Source of the DNA: Hypanus sabinus
Taxonomy: Eukaryota
Assembly (NCBI RefSeq): GCF_030144855.1
Contig: NC_082714.1
Coordinates: 93,248,001 to 93,312,000, forward strand
DNA: 64,000 nucleotides
Reading direction: 5' to 3'
The position numbers and the translations under genes were made by a program. This document shows, piece after piece, positions 52,915 through 64,000 of the stretch. Position 1 is the first letter of the stretch. Each line of letters begins with the position of its first letter. A model generated the notes under the pieces. The model worked only from the letters and a program-made list of their open reading frames with translations. It did not search any database and was not told the origin of the DNA.

Positions 52915-55900
52915 TTAACACCATAAGGAGACCATAAGACATAGGAGCAGGATTAAGACTCTGCCCCGGCATTTAATAATGGCTGATCCTTCTATTATAG
53001 CTCCTTCTCAACCACAATTCCCGGACTTCTCCCCGTAACCTTTGATGCTATGTGCAATCAAAAACCTTTTAATCTCTGCCTTAAATACACCCAGCGACCG
53101 GGTCTCCACAGATGCATGTGGCAACGAATTCCACAAATTCAATACCCTTTGGCTAAAGAAATTTCTCCACATCTCTGATTTGAAAGGGCATCTTTGTATT
53201 CTGAGGCCCTAGATTTTCCCACCATGGGATACATCCGTTCCACTGTGTCTAGGCCTTTTAACATTCGAAAGTTTCAATGAGACCACCTCCGCACCCCTCC
53301 CACCCTGGGCATCCTTCTGAATTCCAGAGAGTACAGACACAGAGCCATTAAACCTTCCTCGTATGATAACCCTTTTATTCATGGAATCATCATTGTGATC
53401 CTCCTTTGAAGCCTGTCCAATGCCAGCACAGCCCTTCTAAGATGAGGGGCCCAAAATTGTTCACAATACTCAAGGTGAGGCCTCACCAGAGCCTTACAAA
53501 TCCTTGGAATCTCATCTGTGCTCTTGTATTCTATACCTCGAAATGAATGATAACTTGACCTTTGCCTTCCTTACCAACGACTCAAACTGACAGTTAACCT
53601 TCATGTTGTTCTGCACAAGGACTCCCAAGTCCCTCGGTATCTCAAATTCACTAATTTTCTCACTGATTAGAAAGTAGGCCACAGATTTATTTCTACTACC
53701 AAACTGCATGACCATGCATTTTCCAACATTGTATTTCATTTGCTACTTTCTTTCCCATTCTCCTAACCTGTCTAAGTCCGTACCACAACATTACCTGCCC
53801 CTCTGAGCAAACTTCGTATCATCTGCACACTTGGCAACAAAGCCATCTATTCCATCATCTAAATCATTTATATACAGTATAAAAAGAAGTGGTCCCAACA
53901 CCGACCTCGGCGGAACACCACGAGCAGCCAAACAGAAAAGGATGCGTTCATTTTCACTCACTGCTTCCTACGTATCAGCGAATGCTCTAACCATGTTATT
54001 AAATGTTCTGTAATACCATGGGGTCTTAACGTGATAAGCAGGCTCATGTATGGCAACTTGTCAAAGCCCTTCTGAAGGTCCAAATATACAACATTCTGTG
54101 CACCCCCTTTATCCCCTTTGTAATCTCAAAGAATTTCAACAGATTCGTTAGGCAGGATTCTCCCTGAAGGAAACGATGCTGAGCTTGTACTATGTTGCCC
54201 TGTGTCAACAAGTGGTCCATCACCTTATCTTTAACGATTGACTCCAACGTCTTCCTAAACACTGATATTAGGCTAACTGGTCTATAATTTCCTTTCTGCT
54301 GTTTTCCTTCTTACTTAAATAGTGGAGTAACATTTGGAAATTTTACAGTCAAGTGGTACCATTCCAGAGTCCAATTATTTTTGAAAGATCATATCTCATG
54401 CCACCACAGTCTCTAATGCTAGCTCATTCAGAACACTAGCGTGCAATTCCTCTGGTCCGGGTGACCGATGTACATTTAGCACCTTCTCTCTTCCTTCACA
54501 CATTACAACATCACACACACTGCTAGTGTCTTCCACAGTGAAGACTGATGCAAAATACTCATTTAATTCTTCAGCTATCTCCTTGTCTGCCGTTAAGATT
54601 TCTCCTGCCTCGTTTTTAGCAGTGCTATATCCACTCTGATTTCTCTTTTTATTAAAGATACTTGAAAAACTTTTACTATCCACTTTGCTGTTATTTGCTT
54701 GCTTGGTTTCATATTTCATCTTTTCCCTTCTAATTTTTTTTGGTTGCTCTCTGTAGGTTTTTAAATCTTCCCAATCCTCTATCTTCCCACTGATATTTTT
54801 CATTGTTGTATGCCCTTTGTTTTGCTTTGACTTTCCTTGTCAGCCATGGTTGCAATGATTTATCATTTGAATACTTCTTCATTTTTGGAATACAAATGTC
54901 CTGCACCTTCTTCGTTTCCCCAGAAACACATATTATTTCTGCTCTTCTGAATTGCTTGCCAGCAACACCTACTAATTTACTTTGGCCAACACTTTTCGAA
55001 TACCACTGTAGTTTCCCTCACTACACTGAAATACTGTTATATCAGAATTTACATTCTCTCCGTGAATTTGAAGTTGAACACAATTTTATTGTGATGAATA
55101 TTTCCTCAGGGTTCTTTTACATTAAGCTTCCTAATCGTCTCCGCTTCATTACATAATACCCAATCTAGTATAGCTGACTCCCTACTGAACTCAACGAAAT
55201 GCTGCTCTAAAAAGCTAACTGTGAGGCATTCAACAAACTCACTCTCTTGAGATCCATTACCAACTTAATTTTCCCAATCGACCTGCATGTTAAAATCTCA
55301 TGTAAGTGCTATATCCTTGCCTTTTCTATTTTCTGTTGTAAAGTGTTGATCCATCTTCCAGCTTCTGTTGGGATGCCTGTATATTAGCGCCACCAATATC
55401 TTTTTACCATTGCAGTTTCTTAATTCAGCACACAATGATTCAACATCTTCCGATCCTATGTCACATCTGATTTGATGCCATCCTTCACCAGTAGAGCCTT
55501 TACCTGCCTTCCTATCCCTCCGGAATAACGTATAACCTTGGACATTGAACTTGCAACTACAACCATCCTTCAGCCACAATTCACTGATGGACACAACGTC
55601 ATAACGGCAATCTGCAATATTTCAACAAGATTATCCACAGTATTTATTATACTACACGCATGTAGATTCAACACTTTAAATACTGCATTTGCGATCCTTT
55701 CTGATTCTGCATCCCTAATGATTTGGCACTCAGCCTGCTGGCTCTGAATTGAGTCCCATCACCTGCGTGCCTTTCCTGACAATCTCACTGCTCGCTATCT
55801 TCACATTTTTACTATCTGTCCTATTCTGAGTCCCTTCACACCGTTTCCCACCAATCTTCCAAGTTAGCTTAAACCCGACCCAACCGCCGTAACAAACCTG

Positions 55901-56253
55901 TTCGCGAGAATATTTGCCACCCTCGGGTTCAGGTGCAACCCATCACTTTTGAGCACGTCATCCCTCCCCCAGAAGAGATATTATCCATGAACCTGAAGAC
56001 CTGCCCGCTGCATCAGCTTCTCATCCACGTATTTTTTGCCAAATAGTATTGTTTTCATCTTCACTATCGCGTGGCACAGGCAGCAGTCCACTAACTACTA
56101 CTTGGGAGGTCCTGCTACTCAGCTTTCTACCCATGTCTCTAAATTCTCTTTTCAGGACCGTAAAACCAATAAGTTTTCTGTACGCTACTTTCAAAGTCAC
56201 ACATTTATTATGACGTATCTGAGAGAGTCTTCATCTCTTCCACCACTCCCCTG

Positions 56254-56291
<38 letters not shown>

Positions 56292-56650
56292 GACATCCCT
56301 GACCCTGGCACCTGGGAGACAACATACCATCCGGGTGTCCCGGTCTGGTCTACAGTATCTCCTGTCTGTTCCCCTCTCTTTTGAGTTCCCTATCACTACC
56401 TCTCCTTTCGACTCTTTCTTTGCTTTCCACACCACGGACCCATGCTCAGTGCCTGTAGCCCGGTCGCCGTGGCATTCTCCCGGCTAGTCATACTCCACAA
56501 AAGTACTTAAAGTGGTATACTTGCTTTTGAAGGGAATGCCCACAGGGGTGTAATGCTCTAACTGCCCATTTAAATTTGTCCTGACAGTCACCCAGCTACT
56601 CGCCTGCCACTGCGTGATGACTACTTCTTTGTAACCTTGATGAATTGTCT
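52915..56650 (-). mobile_element. Decayed CR1 LINE upstream of cluster 3, with 3' tail
   Basis: CCATAAG tail repeats near 52921; RT, EN and esterase remnants colinear with 1-2760. Confidence 0.8.
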
Positions 56651-58578
56651 CCCCTCTGTGCTCACATGAAGAAAATGCCTGCAGATCATCCGGAAAACAG
56701 GGATAGAAAAGGTGATCGGCAAAAATCTTGGTGATCTTTTGGTAAATGTGTCCTAGCTTATGCAATAGAACGATTGGCAATGAGAGGACGCGGTGCATGT
56801 TGATTGTCAGCTGGCCGCCTGTTAAGTGATTCCCAAGAGTTTGCAGAAAAAGAAAATCTAGCTGTTCACAGTGTATATCCAAACATTTGGACAAGGGAAT
56901 GAAGTGCAATATTGCGTTTTTTGTTGATTATCAGTGTTATCAGGACAGTGCAGATTGACTGAACTGATGTTCACTGGTTCACAAAACAGGCAGTGATACA
57001 AAATCCCGAATAAAATGTGGAGAAATGTGAGGTCATGTGCAGAAAAATGTTCAGAATTGGAGTCTCTTTCGAAGGCGAAAGGGTGCAAGTTCATTTTGAA
57101 GTTTATTGACAATTAACCATACAAATATACACAAACGAACCACCCTGCCTCTGAGGCCAAGGTGAAAAACACAGAAGATAAAGCCATACACATAAGGTAC
57201 AGTAACAGTCCAACACTTGCAGTCAGAAAATAGATATTGGCACAAGGGTCTGAGTGGCATGGCCTGAAGATCGACCGGTTGACATGAAGTGTGAAGTGTA
57301 AGTTTATGTAAGGCAAAGTAATGTTTATTTAGCCATCTATTTATGTATGTATTTATTTACGTACACAGCTTGTCTTATTTTGCACATTGGTTGTTTGTCC
57401 GTCTTAAAGTTCAGATTTTCATTGCTGATTCGCATTCTTTTCTATCTACTGTGAATAAACGCGTCAATGAAACCCCGGGGTTGTGCAGTATGTGATGACT
57501 TACCGCACTTTGATAGCAAATTTATGTTGAAGTTGGAATTTTATAATCCCAAGCCTGTGACCACGGTCTAATTTATATGCCCCAATTTAGTCAGTCCAGT
57601 GGTTTCTGATCAGTGGTCCACCCCCCCCCCCCCACCCCGATGTTGATGGCGAAGTAAGGAGTAAGGTAATGGAATGTCACGGGCTGGTGGTCAGATCCTT
57701 TCCTGTTGACAGCGGCCATTGCTGGAACTAATGTAGTCAGACTGATGTTTGCTCCTACCAGCCTTGTCTGACTACTTTCGGAGTCGTTCCATCCCTCAAT
57801 ATCTCACTGTCGGAAGATTACATGAATGGGGTTTCAGTTGAATGTTCTCGGACGTAAATGGCGACTGTCTATTTCCCGGCTCAGATGCTGCCTGACCCGT
57901 TCAGTCGCCCAGCTCTTTCCGAGTTGCTCCAGATTCCAGCATCTGCTGCGGTTTGCATCACCGGTGCAATTATTGCTGAACATCCCTAATTCTCATCTAA
58001 TGATACCCGGAAGATTCACTGTCGAGAGGAACACTCCTAATGCCCTGCTGCTTTGATTGAGCTCCACTGCAACCCCATTGCACAATGACTGACCCTAATG
58101 TCTGACGTTAAGTGAAATTCTGCTCAGTCCCGCTTTAGAGACTATAGAGAAAAGAATACACTTGTCGTTTGGGAGTTACGCAATTCAGCGATAACCTTTA
58201 GTCCCTCACAAGCAAAGCAGTGACTCGTTCTCTGCAGGAATGACAGCTTCTCAGATTAGAACCGATGCATTGTCGAGGTAATTCTGGGATGGCATAGAGA
58301 CTTCGTAGAAATTTGATGTCACATTGAAAGGTTTTGTTCTCAGTAGCCATTCTGAGCTGAGTCAAGGGGCTGAGTGCCACCACCACCCACACTTATTGTT
58401 CCTGAGGGAAGCAGCTGAAACAATGTCTAAAATCAGTTTAGTCTGATAATTCACCGATGTTCTACAGGCCTGGATACGTGATACAAATGAAGATAAAACA
58501 ATCTTGAAATTAGTGGTGAAGGTTTTAAAAATCAGCAAGGTGGCCATTCAATGGTTCCGAAGGTCAGCAAGTCAATCT

Positions 58579-58631
58579 CCGCCCACCTTCTTCCCCTGAC
58601 GCCGCCCACTCATTTACATCCCAATTAATAA
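58579..58631 (+). promoter_or_regulatory. IgL promoter, cluster 3, variant octamer ATTTACAT
   Basis: CCGCCC twice, ATTTACAT 58612-58619, TTAATAA downstream. Confidence 0.7.
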
Positions 58632-58747
58632 GCGGACCCGAAGACCTCAGTTAGTAGACCCTGGAACCGGAGCGGTTACCGAAGTTTGCAGAACAGCGCA
58701 TGGTTCGGTCGGAATTTTTGTTGAATTGTCTGCACCTGTCCGGAGGA

Positions 58748-59256
58748 ATGTCCCCAGCGCTGCATCTCCTGTGGGTTCTGCTGGTCCATTTACCAGGTGA
58801 TAGTAGGATTGGTTTACGCACGAATTATCCGTTTAAATTGGGATTACTGCTGATCTTTATTTTGCTCCAAGTCACCCAGTGGTTTTATTGTGCTTTATTG
58901 CAGATATCCACGCGGCCCCAGTGCTCAATCAGAACCCAATGTCCGGACCTGTTTCCGCGGGACAAACCGTCCGCTTAGAGTGTCGGATACAGAACGGTAA
59001 TGTTGGAAGTTACTTCATGTACTGGTACCGACAGCGTCCCGGGGAGGGACCGGAATGGGTGTTAGCTCATTATACAAACAATAAAATAGACCGAGGGACG
59101 GGGATCACAGACCGTTTTCAACCGTCCAGGAACACCCAAGCAACAGTCACATCCTGACCATCAGCCGTTTGGAGTCCGGGGATTCCGCTGTCTATTACTG
59201 TGCAGCTTGGGATAGTGGAGTTATCATCGGTCCAGGCACTATCCTGGATATCAAGA
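58748..59256 (+). pseudogene. IgL: Cluster 3 leader (58748-58796) and germline-joined VJ exon (58904-59256) with 1-bp frameshift
   Basis: Exon is 353 nt versus 354 in cluster 2; ACCTCCAGC->ACCCAAGC at ~59137 gives TGA at 59155-59157; YYCAAWDSGVIIGPGTILDIK continues in the shifted frame. A sequencing error cannot be excluded. Confidence 0.85.
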
Positions 59257-60958
59257 GTAAGTGACTCCCTCTTTCTGTTACAAACAATTCCTACTATAGC
59301 CACTCTCATTCCATACATCTGGATAAAATCCCGTCCAGTGAAGGCCTGGGGTAGGTTCCAGTCGTTTCTGTCTGGCACAAGGGGCAGTTCAGCCCATCGA
59401 GGCAGCCCCCAACAATCAAATTAATGTTCGTTTGAATTCTGAACAATTTTGTTTGGATCTATTTCAGTTGGTATAGCAAAATTCAATATTTCCGACATCC
59501 CTTCTCTTTAACACCATAGGCCTCGTCGAATGTATTGTTGGTATTGGTTTATTTTTGCCACTTTTCGCAAGATGCAATGAAAAGTTTGTCTTGCATCGTG
59601 CCCATAAAGATCACGAGATGACAGCTCAATGAGTTAAACACAGTTTAATGCAGAATAAAATGTAACAGCACAGAGGAAGTGCAGTGCAGGTAGAGAAGTT
59701 GCATGGTGAGAAGGATGTAGATTCTGAGGTCAATCGGCCATCTTATCGCACCAGAGAACCATTTAATAATCTTATTACAGCGGCGCCTCGATTGTGTTAA
59801 ATTAAACCAATCCCTGCTGTCTACAAATGCTCCATACCCTCCATTCTCAGCACACTCATGTGTCCATCTAGCAGTTCCTTAGACGTCCCTATCGTATCTG
59901 CCTCCTCCACCTCATGCAGCCTCCACTGTATAAATGTATACAGTCACCGAGCTTCTCCAGTAAATTTCATTCCTCTTGCCTTTCGATTTCTGCCTTGGGG
60001 AAAAAATCTTGACTGTCGATCTTATCGCTCTCTCCCATCCTGTCTTGAGGAATGTTCATACATAACTTGAGGAAAAGATCGATACCGCAAGCATGACATC
60101 CACCCTTCCCTCTTCATTCACCACCTCTGAGAACATGTTTGTCGCGAATATTCCATAATATTTCCCGGTGCGGTAAATATAGGACCAGAGGGCAGGATGT
60201 TCACCATTTCAAGTTAACGCAATTCAGAGTCTGTGATTAAGAACCGTGTCAATATGATTGTAGAAAACACAGGAGAAGAACATCAGACTTTAAAAATAAT
60301 ACACACCAGGGGAAGGTGTTTTAGCACAAAGTAGGCTGGTCAAAGAGTCGAGCGGCAATAGACCGGGTTACCACAGGTTCGGAATGCAGTCAGAGTCTGA
60401 ACGAGTGGATTCACCTCTTCCCGCTTCTCACTGGTTCACAGGCTGCACTTTTTTCCATCATTTCCTCTTCAGTCACTGGGTACCGAGTCTTGGATATTCA
60501 CTGTGCTTTCCCTACCTCGGGACATCCCAAAGAACCTTCATTCTATTAACAACTGAAGGTGTAGTATTCTCAATTATTGCCCTAAGAGTTCAGGATTTGG
60601 GTAGTTATTGGAGAACAACAAAGACCTGGTCTCAATAAAGGGACCAATCATATGGGCAAGGAGTGGGGTTTAGTGAAGAGGTTGAGTAGTGTTGAAGTTA
60701 TCTTTTAACATAATGTAATGGCGAGAACAGAGTGGATTCAAAAAGTGTTCTTTTGAAATAAAAGATGTCACGTCGTAACCGCACAAGGCTGTGAATAATC
60801 CTGCAACTCTTCACTCAAAGATTTGTACCCGAGTGGTCAAATGTGCCGTATACTGTGTCCCAATGCCTGTGTTAATTCCGGCGCTGGTGTTTCTATGTCT
60901 GAACAGACAATGAAATAATATTGTTTTTCTATTCCCATCCGTCTGCTCTCTCCCACAG

Positions 60959-61287
60959 GTAGCGATTCCCGGGTGCCGTCAGTTCTCCTGCTCCCTCCTT
61001 CTCCGGAGGAGACCCGCTCGGATTCGGCCACTCTCTCCTGTCTGGTGAGTGGTTTTAAGCCGGGCTTGGTAGCGCTGCGCTGGAGCGTGGATGGCGTGGA
61101 AACAGACAGTGGCGTGACGACAGGCGCCGTGTCCCTGGACACCGACCAGACCTACAGACTGAGCAGTTACCTGCGGGTTCCCGTCGCTGCCTGGAACAAG
61201 GGCTCGAGCTATTCCTGCAGCGTGAGTCACAGCTCGCTGAGCTCGCCGCTGCGCAACACCATCTCTTCGTCCGCCTGTGCGCAGTGA
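60959..61287 (+). CDS. IgL: Ig light chain constant exon, cluster 3, intact frame
   Basis: Acceptor CACAG|GT; PSVLLLPPSPEE..ATLSCLV..SSSACAQ*. Confidence 0.9.
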
Positions 61288-61576
61288 GAGTGTGCCGGCT
61301 GGCAGTACACGAGGATTGTTTGCTCTTGTTTAATGCAGTGAAGCAATGATTGGGTCAATGCAGCAGCCCATTGCAATGTAATTGTGTAGTAATGTTCGCT
61401 TATGGAAACAGGCAGAATGTTTAATGATTTCAGAGCAGTTGGCAATAATAATCTATGTTTTGCACGGACAATTCTGTGTACGACTGTCCCCAGTGTGCTG
61501 TATCTGAACTACCGTTGTGTGCAGAATCAGGAGCGATCTCCTGTGCTGTGATTGGAACTTGTGTAACACAACTCTA

Positions 61577-61582
61577 AATAAA
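61577..61582 (+). terminator. Candidate polyadenylation signal, cluster 3
   Basis: First AATAAA seen after the stop, 290 nt downstream. Its use is inferred. Confidence 0.45.
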
Positions 61583-64000
61583 AGAGGAAACAGCGATAGA
61601 TCTATCGTGTCTTGTCTTTACTCGGCTGATGACAGTACGTTAAGGGGAATGGTTGCGGATATCGTGCCGTCCAGGAGCCTGAATCAGAATTGTTGTTAAA
61701 TATACTCCGACATGTTATTCCGCTTTTCAGCTCTCTGTTTCCTGAGCGTTCTTCGGCCGTCGGCACTCGCCTCCCACCCCCCACTTCCCCCGCCCCCGCC
61801 ATCACCGGAACCTTCTATTCCTCGTCGTTCTGCAGGTCTGCACTTCATTTACAACCATCCGTGTGGGAGGGAGATCAACATTCTCACTGTGTTTTGGCCA
61901 AGACTTCCCACCATTGGGAGTGTGACATTGCAGGGATGTTTCCCCGTGACTTGACCATTGTCTCCATCGATTCCGTTAGTTCCTGAATGACGGCCATCGG
62001 CCTCACTTCCCGTCCTGACACCACCGTCACCACCCACCACACCCACACACACCCGTTAATTTGCGTAACTCAGGGTTATCTTCAGAGTTTATTGTAAATT
62101 TGTTATCTAATTATGTACACATCTTCATATGCGACTATGATTTTCAATTTCTTACAGGTTTTCACAGTAGAAGAAAGAAATACAATAGATGCAGTGAAAA
62201 ACTACAAAGACTGAGAAGCGCAAAGAGGAATAGACGCGAATAAATAAAAGGATAGATAGAAAAATCCAGACAGAAATAAATAAAACATGCATGAGTGATA
62301 AATCAATTAAATTTAATCAATCATAAATAAATAAACAAACCGATAAAGGGATAATGGATAAATACTTAAATAATACTGAGGACATGAGTTTGAAAGAGAG
62401 TGAAGAGATCTGGAATCAGTTCAGAGATGTGGTGATTAAAGTCATCCACTTTGGTTTAGGAGCCTGATGTTTGAACCCTTCCTGAAGACTGTAGTGCAGG
62501 ATCTGAGATTGTAATTGTCAGATGGGAAGGAGATGCTTAAGCTTGAAAAAAAAGTGTAAGATGACTACAGAGCCCCGTTTAATTATGGTAAAGGTTTATA
62601 TTGTCTGATCAATATCGTAGTCTGTATGGAGGTTGTGACTGATAAGATGACTGCAGAAGCTCCACACACACACACAGCGACATAAGCAGCAATTCACACA
62701 AATTATTTACGGTTGCCTAACCTGCTGATTTTTTCAAGAATTTGGTGTAGAAATCTCTCTTCGTCATTAATGAAGTTTTTATGTTGGTTGGATGGTGTCA
62801 ACCTTTTCCTTGGCTGGATAATCACTCTATTTATAAACTATACAGAGCAACGTGGGCAACATTAGAGAAAATGAATCCTGTGCATAATCTAGAAGTCAAA
62901 TGAACAATCGGGCAAATGACGCCGGCACGGTTTACTGGAACAATTAACATGTTTCACATCTTAAAACCTCTTTGAAAATGCTGGGATAGTCAAGCGCGTT
63001 ATAAATCACCAAGAAAAGAAAAATAAATGTACATAAAATAGAATACATTAAATATTATAAAATATCAGCTTTATTTGGCATACGTAGAAACAAACAAACA
63101 GCGCCATTTGCGCCAAGTCAATTCGATAAAGATTATGCTGGGACAGATCGGAATTGTCAGCACGCTTTCGGCGACAACATGTATTTATTTGGTATTTACG
63201 CATTTACCTATCTATCAGTCTTTATGTCTATCTAACTGTCTGNNNNNNNNNNNNNNNNNNNNNNNNNNNNNNNNNNNNNNNNNNNNNNNNNNNNNNNNNN
63301 NNNNNNNNNNNNNNNNNNNNNNNNNNNNNNNNNNNNNNNNNNNNNNNNNNNNNNNNNNNNNNNNNNNNNNNNNNNNNNNNNNNNNNNNNNNNNNNNNNNN
63401 NNNNNNNNNNNNNNNNNNNNNNNNNNNNGACCATTCTGGCCGAACGAGCCGCACCACCCAGCAGCTCACTGTTTTGACCGTAGCGCAATCACAGGACAAT
63501 TTACAATAACCAGCTAACCTACTAACCAGTACTTCTTTTGACTGTAGAAGGGAACCAGAGAACCTGAAGGATGCTGCACCTGTCAATATCTCCAGTTGAA
63601 CTTTGTGTTTTTGTGTGATTTGCCCCCAGCCTTCTGTCTGTGGTTTTGTATTACCATGTTTGTTTTCATGCCCCATTATTACCTGTCCCAGCTCCTGCTG
63701 TACTCCGAACCTTGCATTACTGAGTACTCCGCCTTTCACCTGTTTCTCGTTATTGCCTGTTTTCAGCCGCTTCTGTCTTATTGTGCCCTACCTATCATCT
63801 GGCTCGCTGTGCATTAGTCAGTGAATTTTAGTCCTGTGTTTTCACCTGTTTGTTGTCAGATGGTGCCAATGAACTTTCCTGAGCCTTTCCAGCATTCGTA
63901 TCTACACGTAGAACCATAGAACATTACAACACAGAAACATGCCCTTTGGATCTTCTTGACTGTGCCGAACCATTTTTCTGCCTAGTCCCACTGACCTGCA

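Larger units (their letters stand above)
53650..63575 (+). repeat. Segmental duplication unit 3
   Basis: Colinear with 1-9660 minus the solo LTR. Confidence 0.85.

Noticed and set aside
63581-63860. Possible LTR where unit 3 homology ends
   Set aside because: It starts with TGT, but no matching terminus or TSD could be defined.

Overview
Repeat-rich eukaryotic genomic DNA from a cartilaginous fish, probably a ray or skate (inferred from gene type and repeats), with four N gaps. Its core is three tandem, same-strand immunoglobulin light-chain clusters, each leader exon - germline-joined VJ exon - single C exon, at ~4.5-7.0, ~22.2-24.5 and ~58.7-61.3 kb. By recall of shark/skate sequences they most resemble type I/NS5 (sigma-cart). 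Cluster 1 has an intact ORF. Cluster 2 is a pseudogene (ATG deletion, W->stop in V, terminal Cys->stop). Cluster 3 has one 1-bp frameshift in FR3. Each cluster lies in a ~7-10 kb duplicated unit that includes a decayed upstream CR1 LINE. The rest is transposon debris: CR1, Rex1/Babar-like, nested L1-like, LTR, Tc1-like and Penelope-like fragments, one with a hammerhead-ribozyme core. Main observations: one ancestral VJ join amplified and diversified, apparent conversion tracts between clusters, and a mismatch between ORF integrity and octamer/polyA motif integrity. All comparisons were done by eye and TE boundaries are approximate unless a TSD is given.
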